DNA from: Elusimicrobia bacterium GWA2_62_23
GTDB taxonomy: Bacteria > Elusimicrobiota > Elusimicrobia > Elusimicrobiales > UBA9959
Direction: 5' to 3'
NCBI GenBank assembly: GCA_001799635.1
Contig: MGTV01000038.1
Coordinates: 2,376 to 66,375, forward strand
Length of the DNA stretch: 64,000 nucleotides
The translations under genes were made by a program, and so were the position numbers. How positions within the stretch are numbered: the first letter of the stretch is position 1; the number at the start of each line of letters is the position of its first letter. Shown one piece after another: positions 37,702 through 46,250 of the stretch. The notes beneath the pieces were generated by a model. It searched no databases. It was given only the letters and a program-made list of their open reading frames with translations, and had not been told where the DNA came from.

Positions 37702-39015
37702 ATGAAGCTTTTCCACAAGTTCAGCGCGGCGCTCACGGCCGCGGCCCTGGCCGCGGCTTTGCTGCTGAGCGGCATCTTCCTCAAGTTCCAGGAGCGCACC
37801 GTGCTCCGGGCGCAGCAGGCGCGGCTGCAGGCCATGGAACAGTCCGTGCTGGCCATGCTCGGCGAGGCCGAGCTGGCGGGCGACCCCCTGATGGCGGTGG
37901 ATTATCTTTCCGGCCTCTGTTTTTCAAGGCCGGAGATCCGCTCCTGCCGGTTGGACATCGGCCGGGGCATGGCCCCGGTGAAACTCCCCAAGGTCAAAGT
38001 TCCCGCACGCTCCGACGTTCCTCTTTCCAGGCGGCTGAGCGGCAAAAAGTACCGCGCGGAGCTGGATTTTTCGGCCGCGGCCCTGGACCGGGAGCGCAAG
38101 GAGGCCCTCTCCGGGGTCTGGCGAAACCTGGCCGCCGCTTTCCTGGCGGCCATGGCCGTGGCGGCCCTGCTCGCCCTGCTGCTGGCGCGCCGGCTCACCA
38201 GGCGCCTGCGGCGCCTCTCGGCCGAAGCGGCGGCGCTGGGAGAGGGGAAGTTCGGGGTAAAGACCGAAGTCTCCGGCTCGGACGAGGTGGCGGAGCTGGC
38301 GGGGGCCTTCAACGCCATGTCCGAGCGTCTGCTGGAACTGGAGACCATGAAGAAGAATTTCACGGCCTCGGTCACGCACGAACTGCGCTCGCCGCTGGGC
38401 GTCATAGAGACCTACGCCGCCATGCTCATCAAGGAAGAGGACCGCTTCACCCCCGACGATATTTCCGTCTTCAGGCGCATAAAGGAGAACGCCGGGCGCC
38501 TGGCCAATTTCGTCACGGCCATGCTGGACCTGGCCAAGATAGAGCGCGGCAAGATGGAACTGCGCCCGGCGAAAGAAGACCCCCTGGCGCTGGTCAGGGA
38601 CGCGGTTGATTTCCTCAAGCCGAAAGCCGACGAAAAAAACGTAGCCCTGGCCGCCCTGACCCCGCCGGGCCCGGCCGCGGCGACGCTCGACCGGGAGCTC
38701 GTGACCCACGCGCTCACCAATCTCATTTCCAACGCCATAAAATTCACGCCCGAAGGCGGCAAGGTCTTTGTGCGCGCCTCGCTCACCCAAAAAGTCCTCC
38801 GCGTGGAAGTGGAGGACACCGGCCCCGGCGTGAAACCCGGAGAAGCCGAAAAGATCTTTACCCCGTATTCCCAGGGCTCGGCGGCCCCCGGCCACGGCGG
38901 CACCGGCCTCGGCCTGGCGCTGTCCAAGGCCATCATAGAGCTGCACAAAGGCCGCATAGGCTGCGGCGCCGCCCCTGGCGGCGGCGCCCTCTTCTGGTTC
39001 GAGCTGCCGGTGTGA
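37702..39015 (+). CDS. membrane sensor histidine kinase (2 TM, HAMP, HisKA, HATPase_c)
   Basis: 437 aa. H-box FTASVTHELRSPLGVI, N-box LISNAIKFTPEGG, G-boxes EDTGPGV / GGTGLGLA. Confidence 0.85.
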   Translation: MKLFHKFSAALTAAALAAALLLSGIFLKFQERTVLRAQQARLQAMEQSVLAMLGEAELAGDPLMAVDYLSGLCFSRPEIRSCRLDIGRGMAPVKLPKVKVPARSDVPLSRRLSGKKYRAELDFSAAALDRERKEALSGVWRNLAAAFLAAMAVAALLALLLARRLTRRLRRLSAEAAALGEGKFGVKTEVSGSDEVAELAGAFNAMSERLLELETMKKNFTASVTHELRSPLGVIETYAAMLIKEEDRFTPDDISVFRRIKENAGRLANFVTAMLDLAKIERGKMELRPAKEDPLALVRDAVDFLKPKADEKNVALAALTPPGPAAATLDRELVTHALTNLISNAIKFTPEGGKVFVRASLTQKVLRVEVEDTGPGVKPGEAEKIFTPYSQGSAAPGHGGTGLGLALSKAIIELHKGRIGCGAAPGGGALFWFELPV

Positions 39016-39029
39016 CGAAGAGGGGCGAC

Positions 39030-39145
39030 GGGGGTATGGGTTCGGAGGGGCGTCGCGGAGGCCGAGGCTTGCGCAAGCGACGAGGCCGAGCGACGAGCGG
39101 CGAGAACGGTGTTCGAGACCGCGTACCCGACGGGCCCATACCCCC
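39030..39145 (+). repeat. structured intergenic repeat, family B copy 1
   Basis: Closing stem GGGGGTATGGG (39030-39040) / CCCATACCCCC (39135-39145). The core CGGAGGCCGAGGCTTGCGCAAGCGACGAGGCCGAG is shared with the element at 58288-58414 in the opposite orientation. Confidence 0.65.
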
Positions 39146-39220
39146 GGCGCACCGACACCCGATATACACCGGCCTGTAATAACTTTGTAACGTGCTTTAT
39201 ATAGAATAAGAGTACGGATT

Positions 39221-40648
39221 ATGAAAAAACTGCTGACCCTTTTCGCCGCCATCGCCTTCTTCACGGCCGCCGCCCGCGCCCAGGAGGCCGTTGAGCCTTC
39301 GCCCAGCGCCCAGGCCGCCGAACTCTCCTCCCGGATGCAGGAAGACGTCTCCCGCCTGCTCGAACAGCTCGTAGGCCGCGGCCGCGCCCGCTCCTTCGTG
39401 GCCGTGGAGGGGGAAATAGTTCTCAAGAGCAAGCTCGAATCCGGCGCGCCCTCCGAAGACACCCTCACCCTGCCCGGCTACGCCGCCGTCAACATCCTCG
39501 AGAAGACCGGCGAGTACCTCAAACAGAAGCGCGAAGAAAGCCAGCGCACCAGCGAATTCAAGGTCAAGAAACTTTCCGTCTCGCTCGTTTTCGACCGCAC
39601 CGTGCCCGAGGCGCGCGTCAACGCCATCAAGCTCATGATCTCCGACGTGCTGCGCCTGAGCGAGGCCCGCGGCGACAGCATCATCACCGCCCGCGCCGAG
39701 ATGCAGCCCTGGTGGCGCAGCGCCCTCGAGTCGCCCGAAGTGCGCCCGGTGCTCCTGATGTCCGCCTTCGGCCTCGTGGCCCTGATGGCCCTGCTGGTCA
39801 TAGGCTACATGCTGGCCTCGCGCCTGATGTCCGGTTTTGTGGATTACGCCCGCCTCAACGCCCCCGCCCAGGCCATTGGCGGCGGCGCCGGCGGCTACGG
39901 CGGCGCCGGCGGGGAAGAAGGCGGCGAGATGGGCGACATCATAGACGTGGAAGCCCGGGCCGCGGCCGGCGGTGCCCTGCTGGAAGCCGGTTCCGCTTTC
40001 GAATTCCTGGAGAAGTTGCCACCTGCCGAGGCCGCCGAACTGCTGGCGGAGGCGCCCGAAGAGGACGCTGCCATCATCATCGCCAACCTGGCCGACCGCA
40101 AACCCCACATTTCCTCCAAGATCCTGCTCGCCCTGCCGCCCTCGAAAAAGCAGGCGGTCAGCGCCCGCATGCTGGGCCTGAAGCAGGCCGAACCGGAGAA
40201 GATCTACGAGATAGAGAGCGACCTGCGCTCTCGCCTGGAGAAGAGCCTGCGCGGAGCCGAAAAACTCGGCCGCCTGCTTTCCCTGGTGGACGAATCGGCC
40301 CGGGCCGAGATCATGGAAACGCTCGCCCATGCAGACCCCAAAGGCTCGGAAGAAATGCGCCGCAAGATGGTAACTTTCGACGATATCTGCCGCCTGGACG
40401 ACAAGAACCTGCGGCCGCTCGTAGTCACCCTGCCCTACGTCGACTGGGCCGCCGCCCTCGCCGGCGCCGGCGAGACCGCCGTGGGCAACGTCACGAAGCT
40501 TCTGCCCGAGGACGTGCGCCTGATAGTGAAGGACCTGCTGGTGAACCGCCCCGAGGAGGAGAAGATCATCGGGGCCCGGGCCAAGATAATTTCCGCCGCC
40601 ATAGAAATGAACGCCAAGGGCCGCATAGTGATCAAGGAGGGCGTGTGA
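39221..40648 (+). CDS. FliF-like (signal peptide + periplasmic ring-motif + TM) / FliG-like (cytoplasmic rotor domain) fusion protein
   Basis: 475 aa. Signal peptide MKKLLTLFAAIAFFTAAARAQ. Periplasmic segment with a YscJ/FliF-like pattern (KKLSVSLVFDRTVPEARVNAIKLMISDVLRL). TM helix VRPVLLMSAFGLVALMALLVIGYML, then a Gly-rich linker. The C-terminal region aligns residue-for-residue with the E. coli FliG C-domain (MVTFDDICRLDDKNLRPLV....WAAALAGAGE......DLLVNRP...GRIVI versus MFVFENLVDLDDRSIQRLL....LLIALKGAEP......DLANRGP...GEMVI). Confidence 0.7.
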   Translation: MKKLLTLFAAIAFFTAAARAQEAVEPSPSAQAAELSSRMQEDVSRLLEQLVGRGRARSFVAVEGEIVLKSKLESGAPSEDTLTLPGYAAVNILEKTGEYLKQKREESQRTSEFKVKKLSVSLVFDRTVPEARVNAIKLMISDVLRLSEARGDSIITARAEMQPWWRSALESPEVRPVLLMSAFGLVALMALLVIGYMLASRLMSGFVDYARLNAPAQAIGGGAGGYGGAGGEEGGEMGDIIDVEARAAAGGALLEAGSAFEFLEKLPPAEAAELLAEAPEEDAAIIIANLADRKPHISSKILLALPPSKKQAVSARMLGLKQAEPEKIYEIESDLRSRLEKSLRGAEKLGRLLSLVDESARAEIMETLAHADPKGSEEMRRKMVTFDDICRLDDKNLRPLVVTLPYVDWAAALAGAGETAVGNVTKLLPEDVRLIVKDLLVNRPEEEKIIGARAKIISAAIEMNAKGRIVIKEGV

Positions 40649-42654
40649 GCAGCCCTTCCTCCGACGCCTTCCACACCGAGCTCGACTACCTCTGGGACGC
40701 CGTAAAAACGGCCCAGGAGGCGGAGGCCGTGTCGGCGCAGGAGCGGTCAAAAGCCAAAGAAGGCCTGGAGCACGCCTCCTCCCGGGTAATGCACCTCGAG
40801 AACGAGCTGGCCAAAGGCCTGGAGCGCGAAAGGGCCCTGCGCGCCGAAACCGAAAAATTCAAGAGAGAGGCCGGGCGCCTGGCCGCCGAGCTTGGGAAGG
40901 CGGCGCATCAGGCCGAAACCATCCACGCCGCCGCGGAATTGAGCGCCGGCTTCGAAAAGCGCCTGATAAAGAAAGACGGCGAGACCGCCATGCTGGACGC
41001 CGAAGTGGCCCGCCTGCAGGCCGAAACTTCCGCCCTGCGCGAGACCCTTAAAGGCCGTGACGCCGCGGTGGCCGCCCTGAAGAAAAAACTGGAAGGCCTG
41101 GCCGCCCTGCCCGAGATCGCGGGGATAATTTCGCAGGACTCGGCCGGATCCGGGCAGCCCGGCTCCGTCTACCTGCACCTGCTGGAACGCCTCGAAAAAG
41201 AAAAAGCCATGGCCTCGGGGGCCGAAGCTTCGCTGGCTGCCGCCGAAAAAGAACTTGAAGCGGCCCGAGCCGCCGCTGCAGCCGCAGAACATGAAACCGC
41301 CGGGCTGCGCTCCGCGCTGAGCCTCAAGTCCCGCGACCTGGAGAACCTGCAGGCCGCTATCCGGGAAGCCGACGGCAGGCACGCGGTTTCAGCCGCCGAG
41401 CGCGGCGCGCTGGAGGCCAGGGCGGCCGAACTCAAGGCCGCGCTGGGAGAGAGAGAAAGCGCCCTGGAGCGCGCCGCCGCCCAAGCCGCGGGGCTGCGCC
41501 GGGAACTGGACGCCGCCAGGGCCGAAACCGCCCGGGTGCGCGACGAAGCCGCGGCCCAGGCGCTGCGCACCGAGGAGCAGAAAGGCAATTTTTCGGGAGC
41601 GGTGGCCCAGGTCTTCGACCTGCAGAAGCGCGCCGCCGCCCTGAGGTCGGAACTGACGGCGGAAAAAGAGCGCAGCGCGGCGCTGGCCGCGGACCTTTCC
41701 GCCCGGGCCGCTGACCTGGAGAAGGTCAACGGGCTGCTGCGGGACGCCAAGAACGGCCTGGCCCAGGAAAAAGAGACGGGGCGCCGCGCCGGCGTCCGGA
41801 TCAAGGCCCTGGAAGCCGAGATCGAGGACCTGAAAGCCAAGGTGGCCGCCGCCGGAGAATACTCGGCGAAACTACTGCGCGCCGTGCAGGAGCGCGACCT
41901 GGCCCTGGGCGCCGTAAAGGCGGACCTGCGCAAGACCGAAGCCTTGGAGATGGAGAACGAGGACCTGCGCCGCAAGAACGTGAAGTTCAGCGGTCTCCTG
42001 CGCCGCGAGCAGTCCGATTTCACCGCCCGGGTCATAACCGCCCTGGAGCGCGCCGCCAAAGACCTCAAGACTTTCAACCTCCGGGTCCCCGCCGCGGAGC
42101 GCAAGGGCATAGAGCCCGCGCTCAAGAACCTGCTGGCTTCCGTCAACCTGATGAAAGGCTGGCAGGAGTATATGGACCCCGAGACCCCGGAACTGGCCGA
42201 CACGGACCTGGCCGGGTTCTTCTCCGGCGAAGCCGGGAAATGGGAACGCGCCTTCAAGCAGCGCAAACTGTCCATCTCCTACGCGGTCGCCACGCCGCGC
42301 ATGCGCGCGAGGCTCCACCCGGAGAGCATGAAGATGCTCTTCTACCACCTCGCCAAGAACGCCTACGAACACCTGCCTTCAGGCGGCAGCCTGCGGGTGA
42401 CGCTGAAAGCGTCGGAGGACGGCCGCCAGGCCGTGCTCTCCTTCGAGGACACCGGTCCCGGTTTCCAGCAGGAGACCCTGGCGAAACTCTTCGCGCCGTT
42501 CAACACCTCCGAGAAGGGGAAGGCCGGCATAGGCCTGGCCGTCTGCGCCCGCATAGCCGAAAAGCACGGCGGCACGCTGAACGCGGCGAACAGGAAAGAC
42601 AGGGGAACTCTGGTGGAAGTGAGGCTGCCGCTAGGCAGCGAAGTTAAAGCTTGA
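40645..42654 (+). CDS. long coiled-coil protein with C-terminal histidine-kinase-type ATPase domain, no recognisable H-box
   Basis: Starts at GTG 40645 (AAGGAGG 5 nt upstream, GTGTGA overlap with the upstream stop). The 980-aa track ORF is an out-of-frame 5-prime extension. About 470 aa are Ala/Glu/Arg/Leu heptad-rich coiled coil. The tail has an N-box LAKNAYEHLPSGG and G-boxes EDTGPGF / GIGLAV. The DHp position reads FTARVITALERAAKDL, with no His. Confidence 0.7.
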   Translation: MSSPSSDAFHTELDYLWDAVKTAQEAEAVSAQERSKAKEGLEHASSRVMHLENELAKGLERERALRAETEKFKREAGRLAAELGKAAHQAETIHAAAELSAGFEKRLIKKDGETAMLDAEVARLQAETSALRETLKGRDAAVAALKKKLEGLAALPEIAGIISQDSAGSGQPGSVYLHLLERLEKEKAMASGAEASLAAAEKELEAARAAAAAAEHETAGLRSALSLKSRDLENLQAAIREADGRHAVSAAERGALEARAAELKAALGERESALERAAAQAAGLRRELDAARAETARVRDEAAAQALRTEEQKGNFSGAVAQVFDLQKRAAALRSELTAEKERSAALAADLSARAADLEKVNGLLRDAKNGLAQEKETGRRAGVRIKALEAEIEDLKAKVAAAGEYSAKLLRAVQERDLALGAVKADLRKTEALEMENEDLRRKNVKFSGLLRREQSDFTARVITALERAAKDLKTFNLRVPAAERKGIEPALKNLLASVNLMKGWQEYMDPETPELADTDLAGFFSGEAGKWERAFKQRKLSISYAVATPRMRARLHPESMKMLFYHLAKNAYEHLPSGGSLRVTLKASEDGRQAVLSFEDTGPGFQQETLAKLFAPFNTSEKGKAGIGLAVCARIAEKHGGTLNAANRKDRGTLVEVRLPLGSEVKA

Positions 42655-43324
42655 AGATATAACCCAGACCGAAAACGGTCCGCAGTTTGGACCCGAATGA
42701 ACGCCCCAGGCGGCGGCGGAGCGCCTCTATGCGCTTGTCCACGGCCCTGGCCCCGGCGGAGGAGTCCTGCCGCCAGACCTGCTCCAGCAGCATGCTGCGC
42801 GACACCAGCCGGCCCTGGTTGCGCAGGAAATAGAGCAGCAGGTCGAACTCCAGGGCGGTAAGCTTGAGCGCGGAGCCGCCCACCCGCGCCGTGCGCGCCT
42901 CGGGGGAAACGCGCAGGGCCCCGAAGGCGTACTCGGCCGGCTTTTCGGCGGCGGCGCGCCGCCCGCCGCGGCCCAGCAGGTTGAGCACCCTGGCCCGGAA
43001 GAGGGCGGGGTCGGGGGGAAAGGGGAAATACTCGTCGGCCCCGTTGTCGAAGCAGACGGCGGCGGCGGCGGGGGAATACTGACCGCCTCCGGTCAGGACC
43101 AGCAGGGAGCCTGCGGTGCGGGGCGCCCCGCGCAGCACGGCTACGAGGTCGCGGCCGCTCATGTCGGGCAGGCCCGCGTCTATGACGGCCAGGCCGTCCC
43201 CGCGCCAGCTTTTGAGGAACCTGCCGGCCGAAGGGTAGGAACGCACGCGCAGGCCCGTAAGCGAGGCGCGCGCGAAAGCGGCCACTCCTGGGTCGGCGGT
43301 AACGCAGTGGACAACCTGGTTCAT
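42644..43324 (-). CDS. OmpR/PhoB-type winged-helix response regulator (receiver domain divergent)
   Basis: 226 aa. C-terminal LTALEFDLLLYFLRNQGRLVSRSMLLEQVW...VDKRIEALRRRLG...LRTVFGLGYIF. N-terminal receiver-like VIDAGLPDMSGRDLV. Its 3-prime end overlaps the convergent gene by 11 nt. Confidence 0.75.
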   Translation of the reverse strand: MNQVVHCVTADPGVAAFARASLTGLRVRSYPSAGRFLKSWRGDGLAVIDAGLPDMSGRDLVAVLRGAPRTAGSLLVLTGGGQYSPAAAAVCFDNGADEYFPFPPDPALFRARVLNLLGRGGRRAAAEKPAEYAFGALRVSPEARTARVGGSALKLTALEFDLLLYFLRNQGRLVSRSMLLEQVWRQDSSAGARAVDKRIEALRRRLGRSFGSKLRTVFGLGYIFKL

Positions 43325-43698
43325 GCGGGGAAAACGGCGGCCTTGATGCGCCGGAGCAGTTCGTCCGGGTCGAAGGGCTTAAGGACGTAGCCCGCGGCGC
43401 CCAGCTTGAGCCCCTCGGAGACCATGTCCACCTCGGAGCGGACCGTGAAGAAGATTATCGGGACGCCGGCCAGCGCGGGCGTCCTGCGGATGCGGCGGGC
43501 GGCCTCGAAACCGCTGATATCGGGCAGGCCCACGTCCAGCAGGATCATGTCGGGCTTCTCGGCGGAGGCGAGGGCCACGCCCTCCAGGGCGGTGGGGGCG
43601 GTGACCACGGCGCAGCCGGCCTTCGCCGCGATGCGCGCCGCTATGCGCAGGTAATCCGGCTCGTCGTCCACTACCAGGACCTTGGGGCGGGGCTTCAT
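43321..43698 (-). CDS. single-domain CheY-like response regulator
   Basis: 125 aa: KVLVVDDEPD, MILLDVGLPDISG, ...YVLKPFD. Confidence 0.85.
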   Translation of the reverse strand: MKPRPKVLVVDDEPDYLRIAARIAAKAGCAVVTAPTALEGVALASAEKPDMILLDVGLPDISGFEAARRIRRTPALAGVPIIFFTVRSEVDMVSEGLKLGAAGYVLKPFDPDELLRRIKAAVFPA

Positions 43699-44069
43699 TT
43701 ACGGGGGAGGAGGGCTTCCACTTTCTTCTGCAGGAAGGAAAGTTCCACGGTCTTGCTCATGAACTCGCGGCAGTTGGTCTCCTGCCGGAAGAGCTCGCTC
43801 ATGTTCTTGTCGAAGAAGGAGCCGGTTATGATCAGCACGGGGATATTGCGCGTGTCGTCGTCGGTCTGGAGGTTCCTGACCACCTCTATGCCGCCGATGT
43901 CCGGCATCATGACGTCGCAGAGGATGACGTCGGGCTTGATGGCCTTGGCCTTGGCTATGCCCTCGCGGCCGTCGCCGGCTATCTGGACGTTAAAGCCCAG
44001 GTCCGTGAAATAATCGGACACCATCGTGCGGAATTCCACGTTATCGTCCACAATAAGCATCAGGCTCAT
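43695..44069 (-). CDS. single-domain CheY-like response regulator
   Basis: 124 aa: MLIVDDNVEF, VILCDVMMPDIGG, PVLIITGS. Confidence 0.85.
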   Translation of the reverse strand: MSLMLIVDDNVEFRTMVSDYFTDLGFNVQIAGDGREGIAKAKAIKPDVILCDVMMPDIGGIEVVRNLQTDDDTRNIPVLIITGSFFDKNMSELFRQETNCREFMSKTVELSFLQKKVEALLPRK

Positions 44070-44123
44070 TTAAAGCTCCCTAATCCCTGTTTCAGTAGAG
44101 TATATTGTAAATCCCGGCCGTTT

Positions 44124-46244
44124 TCAAGACGGGCTCGGCACCGCGGGCGGCGGGGCGGCCATCTCCTTGGAAATGGTGAAGATGAACTTGCTGCCCTTGC
44201 CCACTTCGGACTCCACCCAGATGTCGCCCTTGTGCAGCTGCACCGTCATCTGGCACATCGCCAGGCCCAGGCCGAAACCCTGGCTCTTATGTTCCTCCAT
44301 CTGGGAGTATTTCTCGAAGATCTCCTTGCGCTTGTTCTCCGGGATGCCGGGGCCGGTGTCCTGCACCGCGAAGAAAACCTTCTGCGCGTCCTCCCAGGCG
44401 GACAGGGTGATAGTGCCGCCGCTGGGGGTGAACTTCAGGGAGTTGCCCATCAGGTTGGTGATGACGCGCTCGAGCAGGATGGGGTCCGCCGTGAACGCGA
44501 TCCTGGAGGGAGGCGCGGAAAGCAGGAGCTTTATGCCCTTGGGGCCGGCCACCGGTTCGTGGTTCTCCTTGACCCGCGTGAGCAGGGCCTCGGCGTCCAG
44601 GGAATCCAGCTGCAGCGTCATGTTGCCGCGCTCCAGTTTGGTGGTGTTGAGGATGTCGTCTATCATGCCGCGCAGCCGGCGCGAGGAGTAGAGCATGCTC
44701 TGCAGGTACTTGTCGGTGGACGGGGACGCCGGGATCTTCTTCATCAACAGCTCGGTGTAGCCCTGCAGCGTGGAAAGGGGCGCGCGCATGTCGTGCGTGA
44801 TCATGTGGAAGAAATCTTCCTTGGCCTTCTCTATCTCCTTCTCGCTCGTGATGTCGCGGATGATGATGACGCGGCCGGGGCGCTTGAGCGTAGCGAGCAG
44901 GAACTGGTTGGAGATGATCCGGAAGCTCTTGGTCACGGTACTGTTCTCGTTGACTATAGGGGCGTCCACCTCCGCCTTCAGGTACTTGTCCTTCAAGGCC
45001 AGCATTTCGGTGAGCGAGTTGAAGAAAGCCTCGTTCTTCACCGAGCGGGGCACGGCCACGTCGGCGGAGATCTTGGGGATACCCAGGAGCTTCAGGGCCG
45101 TATTATTGGAATAGATCAGCGAGCCGCGGTCGTCCACCAGGAGCACGCCGTCGGAAATGGTGTCTATGAGGGCCTGGGCCTTGCCCTTCTCTTCCACGAT
45201 CTGGTTCAGCTGGAAGGCGCGGTAGGCCTGCAGCTCCAGCATGAGCCGGTTGAGGATGCCCACCAGGCTCTTGATCTCGGGCCAGCCCTCCTGCGGAATG
45301 ACCGAATCCAGGTGCTGGGTCTTGAGGAACTGCTTGACGCCGCTGACCATGTTGTTGACGGGGCGGATGATGCGGTTGGAGATCAGGAAGACCACCAGCA
45401 TCGTCACGCCGAAGATACCGACGGCCAGCAGGGAGAAGACCAGGATGGACTTGCGCTGCTTGCCGTACAGCTCCTCTTCCGACTGCACGGAGACGGCGGC
45501 CCAGTCCAGCTTGTCGATGGCCGCGTAGGCGCCGGCGTACTCCTCCTTGCTGAAGAGGAATTTCGCGATAGTGCCGGTGCGGCCGCCGCTGCGGAAGACT
45601 TTCCTGAGCAGGTCGGGCTCGTAGCCCATCCCTTTCATGTCCTGGCAGGGCAGGGGGCGGCCCTGTCCATCGGAGATGAACACGCGGCCGGTCCGGCCGG
45701 TGCGCTGCGAGTTTATTTTACCCAGCAGCTTGTCCAGCGTGAAATGGAAGACCACCACCCGCTCGTCCACCAGCGGGTAGGCGATGGGGAAATAGGCCTG
45801 GTCCTTGACGCACAGCACCTCGCCGGACGTCACTATCCCGGAGTCCTTGGCCTGCGCTATCAGCTTATCCTGGAAAAGGGCCAGGGACTTCGGCTCCTTC
45901 ACCTTCTCGCTCTGCAGGAAGAACAGTTCTTTCCCGTCCTTGCCCACGAGGGACAGGGACATGATGTCGGAATTTATGCGCGCCGCCTGGTGGATCACCT
46001 CGGCCTCGGAGACCTTCTTGCCGCGCAGGGGGTTCTCGAACTCGTAGAGGAAGGCCAGGTTGCGGTTGGTATTGAGGAACCACTCGTCCACGTTGGCCGC
46101 GGACAGGCGCGACAGGCCCTGGTGCAGCTCGAAGTAGCTGGTCACCGAGGAATTATACTGGTAGATGTTCCAGCCCACCGTCAGCAAGAGCGGCAGCACC
46201 GCTATCGCCAGCAGGATCAGCAGGAACCTCGTAGTCAGTTTCAT
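44124..46244 (-). CDS. sensor histidine kinase (periplasmic Cache-like domain, TM, HAMP, PAS, HisKA, HATPase_c)
   Basis: 706 aa. N-terminal TM helix, a roughly 250-aa extracytoplasmic domain, and a second TM helix (ILVFSLLAVGIFGVTMLVVFLI). H-box FFHMITHDMRAPLSTL. G-boxes QDTGPGI / GFGLGLA. Confidence 0.85.
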   Translation of the reverse strand: MKLTTRFLLILLAIAVLPLLLTVGWNIYQYNSSVTSYFELHQGLSRLSAANVDEWFLNTNRNLAFLYEFENPLRGKKVSEAEVIHQAARINSDIMSLSLVGKDGKELFFLQSEKVKEPKSLALFQDKLIAQAKDSGIVTSGEVLCVKDQAYFPIAYPLVDERVVVFHFTLDKLLGKINSQRTGRTGRVFISDGQGRPLPCQDMKGMGYEPDLLRKVFRSGGRTGTIAKFLFSKEEYAGAYAAIDKLDWAAVSVQSEEELYGKQRKSILVFSLLAVGIFGVTMLVVFLISNRIIRPVNNMVSGVKQFLKTQHLDSVIPQEGWPEIKSLVGILNRLMLELQAYRAFQLNQIVEEKGKAQALIDTISDGVLLVDDRGSLIYSNNTALKLLGIPKISADVAVPRSVKNEAFFNSLTEMLALKDKYLKAEVDAPIVNENSTVTKSFRIISNQFLLATLKRPGRVIIIRDITSEKEIEKAKEDFFHMITHDMRAPLSTLQGYTELLMKKIPASPSTDKYLQSMLYSSRRLRGMIDDILNTTKLERGNMTLQLDSLDAEALLTRVKENHEPVAGPKGIKLLLSAPPSRIAFTADPILLERVITNLMGNSLKFTPSGGTITLSAWEDAQKVFFAVQDTGPGIPENKRKEIFEKYSQMEEHKSQGFGLGLAMCQMTVQLHKGDIWVESEVGKGSKFIFTISKEMAAPPPAVPSPS

Positions 46245-46250
46245 AGGCCG

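Noticed and set aside
39712-40644. N-terminal 311 codons of the 980-aa ORF 39712..42654
   Set aside because: This part is Arg/Pro/Gly-rich and lies out of frame inside the FliG-like gene. A GTG at 40645 with AAGGAGG 5 nt upstream gives a sensible start for the coiled-coil protein.
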